A DNA stretch of 64,000 nt, from NCBI RefSeq assembly GCF_001194135.2, contig NC_068991.1, positions 24,482,774 through 24,546,773 of the forward strand. The letters run 5' to 3'. Origin of the DNA: Octopus bimaculoides (Eukaryota). The position numbers and the translations under genes are program-made. Positions 1 through 13,663 of the stretch are shown here, piece after piece. The notes beneath the pieces are model-generated. The model was not told the origin of the DNA. It saw only the letters and a program-made list of their open reading frames with translations, and did no database searches. Within the stretch, counting starts at the first letter, position 1. Each line of letters opens with the position of its first letter.

Positions 1-419
1 TATATATATATATATCTATCTAACACACACACATTTTTTTATGCTTTATCAAGGACACAACTGTTATCTAGTTTTATACTTTTAATGCAGAGTTTTCATA
101 TATTCATATTAGTTTCTGACAGTTAAAAATAATGCTGCTCCTAAATCCACATTCAATGTTTCCAACCTGCACAGTCTTACTTTCAAGAACTGAAGTAAAT
201 TTGGTGTGTGCGTTACTTCTTATATACAGGCCAAATTTTTGTAGACTTTTCTTTTTGACTATTTAGGCTTTCACATCAGCAACCAGGTGTTTATTAGTAT
301 AGAAACTTTGAAGGTCTGGAAGTGTTGAATACGAAAGAAACCAAAATAAAAAATATGAAAAATCTGTAATAAAAAGTCAAAACTGGAACACAGGCCTGTC
401 TTTAATGTATGTATACACA

Positions 420-562
420 CATACATATATATAGGCATATCTATATATGCATATATACATAAATACACATACATATACATTATATATATATATATATATC
501 TATCTATATATATATATTATACATATATATATATACACACACATATATTTACATGTATATAT

Positions 563-611
<49 letters not shown>

Positions 612-621
612 NNNNNNNNNN

Positions 622-662
<41 letters not shown>

Positions 663-720
663 TGTATATATACGTTTACATGTGTGTGCGTGTGTGTGTC
701 TCTCTCTGTGTTTATATTTA
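420..720. repeat. Compound (AT)n/(AC)n microsatellite; representative of many (AT)n, (AC)n, (AG)n, (AAT)n and (GAT)n tracts across the window
   Basis: Direct reading; these tracts produce most of the low-complexity ORFs in the supplied track. Confidence 0.97.
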
Positions 721-1379
721 TATTTCAGGCACAAGAAGATATTTTATTTCCGTTTATCAACTGTTGATCTACCATACTACAAGTGAGTTGTATATAAATT
801 CACAGACATTTATTTCATAACATTACATTTAGCCACACTTAGTAAATATATTATTGAATGAACACATCTAAACTTTTTCCACAATGTATCAGGTATAATT
901 CTAGTTATAATATGCATACACAAGCTCATGTGTATGTGTAATTTTATCTGACAGTTACATAAACTTGTCACAACAATGTGGCTGACAATTTCTCACAGCT
1001 CCTTGAATGAGTCTGGTTGGATCTGTTGTATTGAATGAACTCATTCAGTAGAACATATTCAGCCAAACATTGACTATATCTGTGAGGGGCTGCTATAAAC
1101 AGCCTGTAACATTATTCTAATAGTATTATATAACTGGATTATAAAATTTTATTTATATTTAACTCTATTTCATATATTGAGTGAGCCTTTCTTGATGTAT
1201 GTATCCAAGCGCTACACACATACACACACACGCGCGCAACAGAAGGCAGATGATTGGCTCCATAAATAGTTAGTATTATTATATATGAAACTTTGAATTC
1301 TAGTCAAAAGAATATTGTGAGGCATATGTCCCTTTAAGTTTGTAGTTAAAGTTGCATTTTCTTTCATTTAAAATCATAC

Positions 1380-1425
<46 letters not shown>

Positions 1426-1640
1426 CAACAACAACAAGGTCTGCAATTTTTTAGGGTAGGGCTGGTGGATACTGTCACTTGCAGTACTAGACTGGTATTT
1501 ATTTTGTTGACCATTGAGGGAAGAAAGGCAAAGTTAACCTCTATAGGATTTGAACTCAGAATGTAAAGATCCAGAAGAAATACTGAAAGGTATTTTTTCC
1601 TGACAGTCTAATGATTCTGCTATTTCATCCAACATCCTTT

Positions 1641-1680
<40 letters not shown>

Positions 1681-1688
1681 TAATAATG

Positions 1689-1734
<46 letters not shown>

Positions 1735-4614
1735 CAACAACAACTATAAGAAGAATTTCTTGCATAAGCACAAGGCCACACTTTAGTGGGAATGAACAGT
1801 TAATTTATATTATGACTAGTACTTTATTTTAACAGCCCTAAAATAGTGAAACGCAAAGTTAACCTCAGTGTGATTTGAAAGCAATAAGTCAACTTTAAAT
1901 TTACAGAGAATTGATAAAGTAAAAGCATGTAAATGCTGCTATACCATAAGCCCCCTTGGAAATATATGTCTTCATGGTAACATCTTTGTATGTCTGCAGA
2001 TTAAATCAGCAATAATTTTGAATCTACATTTATATCTATGCATGTAATTGTTGTGATGTATCTATGTGATTCTCTGCAGAGATGGATTTTGTTTGTGTTT
2101 ACTAATGCAGATATAACTAAGGGCCTTTGCTCTTTAATTCTCTTGTATACATGCACAAAACTCATTCTGTTTAAGAAATGCTAAAACACACATTTAAATC
2201 TCATTTATTTATCACTGAAAAGAAATGAAATCTACCTTCTCCTTTCATCGGGCAATAGATTTAAGGAAACTATATTTAAGCTACTTAAAAAAAAATTAAA
2301 TCTAAATTAATTAGAATAATGAGATATCTTCTATAAAATAATGAATGCTTACATCACCTACAAGGAAAAGATGTTATGATGAAATTTGCCAGAATATTGA
2401 AAGGCAGAATCAAAATAAATGCATGCATGAATATGCATATCAAGATCCAAAATGACTACATGCTTACATTGTAGAGGCATAAATATGTTATCGCAAAGGC
2501 AGATATTGTCAGAAGGCATATGGTATATGATAAAAAAAAAATATTGCAAAAAATAGAAAGCATTATAGTTAATTAGGACAATGCTGAAGATGATGATGAA
2601 GATGATGATGGAATTAGAATGGTAATGTAAAAAAAAAACAAAAAACAGTAATAATGATTATAAACCCAATAGAAAGAATTTTCTAGCCAAAGAAATGGAA
2701 AATGAAATGCTGCCATTGAGGAATATGCAGATGAAAGTCAGCAGTATGTATGATGAGAATTGCAGAGCATTTATGTTGCCATGCCAATGCAGTTTATTTT
2801 TTCAGGTCATTATATGTAGGCAGTGGTTAATGTTCCCCAAATAAAACATGGCACTGTAAATGGTAGGTTTCCTTGACAAGTCCACATTCAGTTCACAATC
2901 AATTTTAATATCAAAGCACCCTGATGTCTTTAGCTGCAGTCGAGATGCACATATGGTTGTGTTGAAGCTGGCATAAGTGTGCATGCTTACACAAGCAGAT
3001 GTACACACAGACTCCTGTGTCGCACTAATGTGCCATCCAGCTGAGGAATGGAAAACAAACCAAGTACTGGTTGATCTCACAACTCATCCATGTTGGCAGT
3101 TGGGCAGATAATTGGACCTGTTGGAAATTTAGTCCATTAGCAGTTTGATCATATTTTTTCAAATTTTTTTTTATTATTTGGATAAAGTGAATATAGCCAT
3201 TAATATACAGCAGAAGGTGACAGAGCAAATATGATTGGTGCAGTAACACATAACTGAAACTGATAAGGCTGAGGTTTAACACACATGCCTGGTGCAAACT
3301 GATGTAAAAGTGCTGTCATAATTAATGAACATTATAAAAATATTAATACCAATCAATAAATAAAAGAAATTATTACCTTTGCTTAGTCGACTTTGGTGTT
3401 ATATGAGATTTTATTTGGGCACATTAAGACAGTCTAATATTCACTCACATACACACACATGTTCATTTACATATTCAATCACATTCATTCATTCACAAGC
3501 ACACAAATACTTATTCGTTCATATAATTACACTTACTCATTCTCTCACATACAAACAAAAGCATTCATGTACTTCTACAATGATACATATGTAAATATCA
3601 GTGCATACAAATATAATGAAGATGTATGCACAATCACATATAGATCTCATTAATGCATACATATTTACTTGGACGTATGGACCTCTGAATTTCTGGATTG
3701 CACACACACAGAGTTTATGAGACATTATGTTTTCACACACACACACACACACAACACATATAAATGGACACATACATACATATATATGCACGCATGCACA
3801 CGCACACATCCACACACAATCCCTTCCTCCTGATACTTATGTGGTAACATGGTATGGATGTAGTTAACCCCTGACACAACAGACACATACACACAAGCAC
3901 ATGAAGAGGTGGAAAGAATACAGAGCTCTAAAATAGAGAGGAAGCAATAGGAAAGTAACAAAAGTAAAAAAAAGCAGTAATATGCTGAGAGAAGTGATAA
4001 AGAAAGGAAGTATTATAAAGAGAGGTGGGCTAGATATATAAAAAGGTGCAAGAGGGAGTCACTGGGAGAAGAAATAAGGAGAGGGAAAAATAGCCAGCAG
4101 TCACCCAGTAAGTAAAACAGGCAATTAGACAGTGAAATAAGGGAGAGGATAGAAAAAAGAATGAGAAAGGAAGTGATAGCTAGGGTAAGAAATGTGAGAT
4201 GGAAAAAAAGAGCTCTAAAATTGAGAGGGAGAATTAGAGAGGTAACATGATAAAGTAACAGAGGTAGAAAGTGAACAAATAAGGAAGAATGTGTAGGGCC
4301 TCTGTTGATCAAGGTTAACCATGTATTTGCACCTAAATGCATAGGCTTGAACAAGGTTTTGTTTTATGTAAGACTAGCAGCTACCCATGCATGTAAGTCT
4401 CCCCTTGTCATACTACCAGTCCAGGAGAAAAGCTATTCTGAAAGGATGATTCAAATTAGCACCAGCATTATTACAGGTGTTGTTGTCAGAGATCCAGCAA
4501 CCACAAAACATTTGCCACCAATCCACTGCTCATAAGTGGTATTTTTTAATTGATTCTAAAAGGATCAACTTATAAAGTTGATCTTAGAGCATGGAATTGA
4601 AACAAATATCAATA

Positions 4615-4664
<50 letters not shown>

Positions 4665-4745
4665 NNNNNNNNNNNNNNNNNNNNNNNNNNNNNNNNNNNN
4701 NNNNNNNNNNNNNNNNNNNNNNNNNNNNNNNNNNNNNNNNNNNNN

Positions 4746-4795
<50 letters not shown>

Positions 4796-5220
4796 GTTGG
4801 AAAATGAAAAGAAGGGAGATGGAGGCAGGTTTTTGATTAAAACATAAAAAGAGATGGGGGATCTATGTATAAAGAGTATGAAAAGAAATTCTGAAATTCT
4901 GTGAATGAGTCAATGAAAATAAAGAAAGAGAGTAAAGGAGTATGATGTCAGAGTAAATAAGCAAACAACTTTTCAAATGTACAGTAAGTAATGTAAGTCA
5001 AACAGACTCACTCACAGAGAAACTGCTCAACTCTGAACCAGAGAAATAAGTCAGAGATTATCTCAAGTCAACATTTGATTTGAATTGGAGAAGATAAGAA
5101 GTGCTGCAAAATAACAAGATGCACCAGAAGAAACAAACACAAGATTTGAGGCAAAAAGTTTTATAAAGAAGAAATGAAATCAAGTCTTGAAGCAGAAAGA
5201 CTAAGAATCACACCATCACT

Positions 5221-5251
<31 letters not shown>

Positions 5252-5557
5252 TTACCTACAAACACATACAAAACTACATAGAAATGCATGCATATTTGCA
5301 TCCATACATATATATAAAACTTCTCTTAACATAATCCTAAAACAGAATCATCATAACACAGAGAAGATACTGCACAATGGGACTGACAGTAGGCCTGATT
5401 GTCAGGTAAACTTTTAAACATTTCAGCTACATCTGCGTCACTGCAAACATAAACATACCAAGAGGAAGCATTTAGCTGCCCACATTTAGTAATACCATCA
5501 AATAACAACTTTTGTTCTCACTCTCTTTCCTTCACTTTCTGTATGTTTGCATATACC

Positions 5558-5588
<31 letters not shown>

Positions 5589-5677
5589 GGGAGAATATAC
5601 GAAAAAACAACAACAGACGAGGACAGGTGGTGTAAATAACAAAGGATGTATTAGTATGACGCTCGGGAATACGGAAA

Positions 5678-5718
<41 letters not shown>

Positions 5719-6452
5719 TTTACACACACACACACACAATAGATATCTGATGAGATGGGTCCATCATATGAGCCCACAAAATTTTAAGTCATAAGGAACT
5801 GAGTTGAAAATGTTATTTAAAAAAATACGTAACTCCCATGAAATGTGTTGAGTGCCACTTTCTTTCATTTATGCAGGTTAATGAATTTGAATATTCAAAT
5901 AGAACTGAATGCAACATATGTTGATGAAGAGAAGCATGCAGATAATTGACATATATACATGCATGATACAATGATGCTTATAAATGATGATGCTATGTGG
6001 AAATAGTGCAATAGCAGGCAAGAAATTGGGTCCATCTGAAGTGAAAGGGGTGTTGTCATCTATGATAGCTTTTGTAATTTGATGCTGTACTAAATATTAT
6101 CAGAAAATAAAGTTCAACAACATTTTGTAAAAGTAATGTTGTGTATTTAAATGATTGTATAAACTGACTTATAATAACAGAAACAGAAAATGTTAACTAT
6201 ATGGGAATCATATGAAGAAGATGTCTTATTATCATAAATGCAATGAATTACATTGCTCTTAACTTTTACAGTATGGCTATAAAGGTTTATGGAGAATAGC
6301 TATGAAATTTTATGTGGTATTTTTTTGCAAGTTAAAAACTCTAAACTAAAGACATTCAATTTTCACTCAGCCAGCCTATGTTAGTTTATATATATAAAGG
6401 TATTAGTCTTATATGGTTGGTAGAAGCAAAGAATACAGTTTCATTACTATGT

Positions 6453-6686
6453 TTCTTTCTTTATTGCTCACAAGGAGCTAAACATAGAGGGGACAAACAA
6501 GGACAGACAAAGGGATTAAATCGATTACATCGACCCCAGTGCGTAACTGGTACTTAATTTATCGACCCCGAAAGGATGAAAGGCAAAGTCAACCTCGGCG
6601 GAATTTGAACTCAGAACGTAACGGCAGACGAAATACCGCTAAGCATTTCGTCCGGCGTCCTAACATTTCTGCCAGCTTGCCACCTT
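6453..6686 (-). mobile_element. Young tRNA-derived SINE (family A) with 14-bp TSD
   Basis: Minus strand head ggtggcaagctggcagaaatgttagg (A-box-like) and gagttcaaattcc (B-box); body cctttcatcctttcggggtcgataaa..aagtaccag; flanked by tttcattactatgt at 6439-6452 and 6687-6700. Other copies near 1440, 22720, 33470 (+), 40910, 45940, 53330 and 54060. Confidence 0.9.
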
Positions 6687-9600
6687 TTTCATTACTATGT
6701 TAGTACATTTAACCACCCATCCACCTTTTCTGTTCCTCTAAACTTATTCTGTCTCCCTTATTCACTTTGTATCTTGACCTTACACATCTCTCTCCTTTTC
6801 CAGACAAAGGAGCCATGTATTCACCTCATCAGCAAGACACATGCTCCCATCCCTCAATATGATACCCCACTCAGTTGAGGGGTTTTGTCTTCAGAGTACT
6901 CACCAGTGCTGGTACCATGAAAAAAAGCACCCAGTACACTCTGTGGAGTGGTCGGTGTTAGGCAGGGCATCTGGCTGGAGAAACCACACCAAAAGCAGAC
7001 ACTGGAGCTTGGCACAGCCCTGTGGCTTGTCAGTTTCTGTCAAACCATCCAACCCATGCCAGCATGGAAAAAGAGGCATTAAATGATGATGATGATGATG
7101 AAGATGATGACATATGATATACATATAAAGTATATTTCAAGTTACTATTCCTTGGTTTATAATTGAGAGAATCTCATACTTAGAGTGGTAAGTTCCACTG
7201 AATTGTTTAACTTGAACTATACACACATACACTCCTGCACACACAGTGTATTGGTGAGTGGCAGAGAGATACAGATGGATATCAATGTAAAACAGTAGAT
7301 GTTTCTTTGTTAAATGTCAAATGAGGGGTAAATTTTAAATGATTGTCGAAGTTTTTGATCTAATGTTTAAAATATCCTCCCTATTGCCATCAATACACAT
7401 AGTTTGCTTGTGAAAACATTTTCTTCTGTTTGCTCTTTGGTAAATAAGGCATTTTGAAGGAATCAGATAATAGACAGAGGGATGAAATACATGCAGGATG
7501 TGGTAAATTAATTTGAATTAAATATTCTGAACAGAAAAGAATGAAAAAGGAAAAAAAAAAAAAAAAAGAGAAACACATCACAAAGGATCTGTGTTTGTTT
7601 GTTTCTTTTTAAAAGTCCACGAAACAAATTTTGTTTGATAATATTAAGTCAATCTTTCAATTTTGATTTTTAAAAAATTGGAAATGTGTGTGACACAAAA
7701 ACACATGTAGACACAATTTAGTAACATGTTAGTGAAAGCAATAATTACAAGGGATGGCAGCATACATTTTGGATAGGTTTTATCACACCGGCATATTTGA
7801 ACAACAATAAAAATCATGCAAAAACAGGTAATTTTCAGAAGATATTTTAGTAATACAATAACAGGGGGAAAAAATTATAATAGTCATTTGAAATCAAATA
7901 TTTTAATTTCATTCTTTTCTCTCTCTCTCAGTTTTTTCCTTTTTATATCTGAAGCCACATTACATATATCATAGGGGAAATTTCAACACATAATGAAAAT
8001 ATACATTTTTACAAGCAGTTCTTTTATAAAATCATATAGAAATTTTATAGATAATCTATCAGAAAGTCTTTAAGGAATTATTGCTTCCTAATCAGTTTCT
8101 CTACCTCTTATTTTTTTTTTAAAGTTTTCTTATAATTTTTCTAAAATGTTTATTTTTGGAATTAAGGCAAGATAATGTGCATATTTAAAAATTATATTAA
8201 ATCAAAAGCCAAGGATACATTTGCAAACTGGTTAATTTAGAATTTTGTAATGTCAATTTTCTTTTATGTTTGAAATATTTATTCTGGATGTGATTCAGCA
8301 GACACATGGCTAAGTGATGGATGGTTAAGGTATTGAGGAATTATGGTTGTTGATGATGCAGGTCTTTGGATGTAGATCGGATAAATATGGGACTGAGAGT
8401 TGATGTAATACACTGGGATGTGAACTGTTGACTGAGTCAAATCTGAATTCGACACCTGAGCCCAAATTCTAATGTATATTGCCTTGCCCTTGAGAGATGC
8501 CTTGCATCAAACAACTGTTATGAATATTAAAGCACATACTACATAATTATAAAGCTCTTCTTATGTGATACTGAAGAGATATACTCAACCTCAATAGTTT
8601 AATATTACTTATATTGAGCTTCCTCCATCATCAGCCAGAAGGATAACAGGCAAAGTTGATATTTGATAAATACTAGACAAGGTGAAACACTCAATGAAGA
8701 CCATTTCTCCTTTCCTAACACCCCACTGTTCCTTTCTCTCCTATAATATCCACATTAAACACTTCCCTCAATATTTTCCAAAACAGAGATTTTCTAGAAC
8801 ACTTTCTATTACTTATCTCCCATTCAACTCTAGCAACTAACCTATCACTGTTCAAAATAAGCATAAAATATATGAGCCAACAAGGGAGCTTCTAAATTGT
8901 GGGATGTTTGATTGCTATTTCTTGCTTGACTAACAAGAAATAGAAACCAAACACCCTACAAATCACATCCCATCATCTTAAAAAAAGATTACATTGGCTA
9001 ACATAGTCCTGGGTTCCCTGCACATTGGAAATAGATGGAATGGCCACAACTGGAATGTCTTTGATCATAAGTCTGTTCAATCAGGATTGAGCTGAGACTA
9101 AGCAACAAAAATAACTTCAAATATACAACCTTTGATCAGTTATCTCTGTCTCCTCTAAGAAAGTGTAGAAAATGCTCTAGCACTGATGTTAGCACTTAGA
9201 ATTTGACTAATCTGAAAAAGTTGCCACCATTCCCAGTTCATTACTGAGTTGATAGAATTGTAAAGAACAGCTAGCTATTTAAGTTTCTAGTACAGTCTTT
9301 CTGAACCTTATTTAGTCCCATGCCACACTTAGATTATATCTAAAAAAAAAAAATAATAAATGAAAGTACACCCCTGTCACCATCTGGAATATACAAAGTT
9401 AGTGTACAACATATATTCAAAAGAAGTTTTAATTAAAATGCTATTGCACATTTTGTTAATTTACTACTTCACATCCCATTCTGAAGTCCCCCCCCCCCNN
9501 NNNNNNNNNNNNNNNNNNNNNNNNNNNNNNNNNNNNNNNNNNNNNNNNNNNNNNNNNNNNNNNNNNNNNNNNNNNNNNNNNNNNNNNNNNNNNNNNNNNN

Positions 9601-10124
9601 NNNNNNNNNNNNNNNNNNNNNNNNNNTTTTTTTTTTTTACTTATGGACCCCTTTCATTACTAATTTATTCTGATGAACCCCATAGACATTCAATGTTTAA
9701 AAATTAGTTTTATAGATACTTATTTCAAAATTCTTATTTTGTCTTTTCACACATTCACTTATGTAGGTTTGCAATAGCAGTCACTGAGAGAACAAGGTTC
9801 AGTGGTCTGATACATGTTAAACTATGTAAAACCTAGCTGCCTCTAGCAATAGATACTTTGAAGTAAAATTTTTTTTCGTGGACCCTAAAAATACTACTGT
9901 GGGTCCCGAATTTACTATTTTGCTTGAGTGCCATCACACCACCCTCACCTCCCATCACCACCAAAATTTTGATATGGACCCTGATTGAGAATCACTAGTC
10001 TAGAACATTTGAATTCATCTCTTTTCAAGAAATACTAATAGGATTTGTCTGCTCTTTACTGATTTTTTTTTTCTGAAAGAGACTAGCATTATTTAACTGA
10101 CTTTTCCACGAGAGAGAGAGATAG

Positions 10125-10159
<35 letters not shown>

Positions 10160-10574
10160 GAGAGTGAGAGAGAGGAGTGAACAAAGTAATAATTGTCTCC
10201 CTGTCTTCCTTGCTGAGAATCAGCCACCATCAGTATTGGTGTAATTTTCTATTAACACATAAAGTGCAATGGGCCATGATCGTGGCCATCAGGCACAGGT
10301 CCACAGGCCACCATCGTGACCCAGATAGATGCATTTAATTTATGGGCATTTGTCGGGGTCTAATGTCACTCAAACGCTCCGATATCCCCCAGAATGCAAG
10401 AGAACTAATAGTTCAACTAATGACTTTTCAGATGTGGGGCTCACTACCACCAAATAAGTTAGCAGCCACATTTACTACAAGTTCAAAGTTAGTCAAATTA
10501 GGGAACCCAGAAACAACAGCAGTGTGTTAAATGAAAACATGGAGAGTGAAAGAGAAGGGGGAGTGTGTGTGTGC

Positions 10575-10626
<52 letters not shown>

Positions 10627-10904
10627 GAGAAAGAGAAATATCATGATTATAAAATACTCTAAGAAGATTTAATTACAAAATGTTAAGTGAACTGTTACGA
10701 AGTCTCAATTTTAAATTCAAAAAAGATTTTGATAGCAGAGTGCTTGTTGCTTTTCATTGAATTTGCAGTTAAATTTAAGTATTTAAATATTTTTGTTTTT
10801 AAAACTGAATTGAAAAAAAACTCAAATAAATATTGTAACAAAGAAATGATTTATGAATATATCTACATGATGTTGCAAATAATGAATATAATAATCCTGC
10901 CTGC

Positions 10905-12210
10905 AAAAAGCACAAGACCAGAAGTATTATGGGAGGAATCTAGTCAACTACATTGGATGGCACTTATTTTATCAACTCTGAAAGGATGAAAAGCAAAGTT
11001 GACCTTGGCAGAATATGAACTCAGAATGCAAAGATGGATGAGATGCAGCTAAGCATTTTGTCCAGAAAGCCAATAATTCTACCAGCTTAACAGTAATAAT
11101 TATCTTTTCTATTAAAGGCACACAGCCTGAAATTTTGGAGTGGGGGCTAGTTGATTATATGAACTCCAGTATGTATGTGGTACTTGTTTTATCAACTCCG
11201 AAAGGATGAAAGGCTAAGTCAATCTCAGCAGAATTTGAACTCAGAAGGTTAAGATGGACAAAATGCTGCTAAACATTTTGCCCGGTATGCTAACAATTCT
11301 GCCAACTTGCTGCCTTACCAATAATAATAATAATAATAATCCTTTCTACTATAGGTACAAGGCCTGGATTTTGTGGGGAGGGAGACAGTTGATCACATGG
11401 ATCCCAGTACTCAACTGGTACTTCATTTATCAATCCCAAAATAATGAAGGGTCAAGTCGACCTTGGTGGAATTTGAACTCAGAATGTAGCAGCAGACGAA
11501 ATATCGCTAAGCATTTTGCCTGGCATGCTAACGGCTCTGCCAGCTCGCTGCCTTAATAATAATGATAATAATAACAATTCTTTCTATTATAGACACAGGG
11601 CCTGAAATTTTGGGAGTGGGGGCTAGTTGATTACATTGACCTCAGTGCATGACTAGTACTTAATTTATTGATCCCAAAAGGATGAAAGGCAAAGTCAACC
11701 TTGGTAGAATTTGAATTCAGAATGTAAAGATGGACAAAATGCTGCTAAGGATTTTGTCTGGCATTCTAACAATTCTGTCAGTTCACTACCCTAATAATAA
11801 TAATAATAATGATAATAATAATGGTTTCAGATTTTGGCACAAGACCAGCAAATTCAGCAGGAAAGATTAAATCAATTACATCAACCCAAATGCTCAACTG
11901 GTACTTATTTTATTGACCTCAGAGAGATGAAAGGCACCACTAACTGCAGTGGGATTTGAACGCACAGTGTAGAGCCAGAACAAATACTGAAAAACAATTT
12001 GTCCAATGCTCTAACAACTCTGCCAATCCACCAGTTTTAGATTTTGGCACAAGGCCAGCAATTTTGAGAAGAGGGAGTAAGTTGATACTTTCCAGCTCAG
12101 TACTTGACTGGTACTTTATTTTATCAATCCCTGAGAGTTAAAAGACAAAATTTACCATGGTGAGATTTGAACTAAAGATTAAAGGCATTTTATCTGTTCT
12201 AATGATTCTA
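10905..12210 (-). mobile_element. Cluster of six head-to-tail family-A SINE copies separated mostly by (AAT)n
   Basis: Motif gaaaggatgaaaggcaaagt.gacct.ggc.gaatttgaactcagaa recurs near 10980, 11200, 11440, 11680, 11930 and 12140. Confidence 0.88.
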
Positions 12211-12640
12211 CCAAATAATAACACCTTTCGATCAGGTGAAAAACCAATTTTGTCATGGAACATGTTCATCAGACTCAAACCCAAGCTTGTAATTGGTATT
12301 TACTTTACAACTTTTGAAAACTTGAAAGAAAAACTGAACCTCGGTGGAGTTTCAATGCAAATTGTGGAATTATAGAACAAGCACTCTATTGTACAACCAA
12401 TAACAGTAATAACTTGCAAAATAGAATGCTGCTCTTTGAAATATTAATGAATATTGCTATGAGAGGTTAAACATGATTCTTAAAAGCAGTTAAAACAGAA
12501 TACATTATAGCTGTGTTTCTCACGAAGAGGTGGGGATCTCTAAATATTGATAAACTGAAAACCACAGTGAAGAAAAGATTATGTGGATGCAAACTGTATT
12601 TTACAGTTCTGTATTTAAGAGATGAGGAATTATGTACATT

Positions 12641-13022
12641 ATTTACACTATTTACATTTGACGGATATTTGTCCCCATCTTGTTTGCTGTTAACACAACG
12701 TTTCGGCTGATATACCCTCCAGCCTTCATCAAGTACCTTGGGGAAATTTTGAATCTGGGTTCTAATTCCTAAGGTATTTTTCGATGTTATTATTATTATT
12801 ATTATTATTATTATAATTATCATTATTATTATTATTATTATTATGATTATTATTATCATTATTATTACTATTATTATTATTCAGATCACTACCTGGAAAC
12901 GAACTTGGAATATAGAGGTTAGCAGCCCGCGCTCTTAACCAGTATGCCCATGGGCATATGGCGTAGTGGTTAAGAGTGTGGGCTACTAACCCCAAGATTC
13001 CAAGTTCAATTCCAGGTAGTGA

Positions 13023-13058
<36 letters not shown>

Positions 13059-13220
13059 GAATAATAATAATAACAACATCAAAAAATACCTTAGGAATGA
13101 GAACCCAGGTTCAAAATTTCCCCAAGGCACCTGATGAAGGCTGGAGGGTATATCAGCCAAAACATTGTTAACAACAAACAAGATGAGGACAAATATCCGT
13201 CAAATGTAAATAATGTAAAT
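12641..13220. repeat. 580-bp palindrome centred on atgccca|tgggcat; each arm is tRNA-like head + (AAT)n + hammerhead-like motif
   Basis: Arms are reverse complements: atttaca..catttgacggatatttgtcc at the left end and ggacaaatatccgtcaaatgtaaat at the right end; centre at 12950/12951. Confidence 0.9.
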
Positions 13221-13525
13221 AAAACTGTATTTTGTTTTCTCAGTAATGAAAAGAAGGGATAGAGTGAAAATTTCCACTAATATTATAGCGATGTGTATGT
13301 GTGTGTGTGCATATGTGCATGTGTTTATTATATATTAGTTTACATGGTGTATATTTTTCTTTATTTACCTTTCTTGACATATTGTATGCATACATATGTA
13401 CATTATGATTATTTATACAACTTGTCATTGTTTTGTATGTATCTGTGTAAACCTATGTGTACATATTTGAATATGTGCGTTAGTCTCTCTCTCCCCCTTT
13501 CTCTCTCTCTCCTTTATATGTATAT

Positions 13526-13557
<32 letters not shown>

Positions 13558-13663
13558 TAAGTTCATATACACATGTGTAAATACATATATCAACTTAGAG
13601 ACATCTGGGTGAACATGCATGTGTTAATTGCCATGCAATATCCTCTGTAGTGAAATAATGCTG

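Noticed and set aside
3078-3118. Terminal exon GPIICPTANMDEL* (phase 1, ttccaacag acceptor)
   Set aside because: Possible by phase, but no homology or compositional support and indistinguishable from chance
4998-5103. Terminal exon ending SESV* after a strong minus-strand acceptor at about 5104
   Set aside because: All three frames from that acceptor stop early, and the SESV frame is preceded by an in-frame TAA
5346-5405. Plus-strand 60-nt exon of a second gene (aacag...gtaaac)
   Set aside because: Isolated, with no recognisable protein similarity and no partner exons found
271-5777. ORF-track proteins rich in YI, HT, ER, CV or poly-I/poly-L
   Set aside because: Translations of (AT)n, (AC)n, (AG)n and (AAT)n microsatellites, or ORFs running through N-gaps
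8335-8456. Ser/His/Pro-rich phase-1 frame GVEFRFDSVNSSHPSVLHQ...* as a last exon
   Set aside because: Weak polypyrimidine tract; all frames are similarly stop-poor, so no frame is favoured
12952-13030. Functional tRNA gene (tRNA-like head with ACT in the anticodon loop)
   Set aside because: A and B boxes are present but the acceptor stem is poor; it is mirrored in the palindrome and continues into repeat sequence, so it is a SINE-type head
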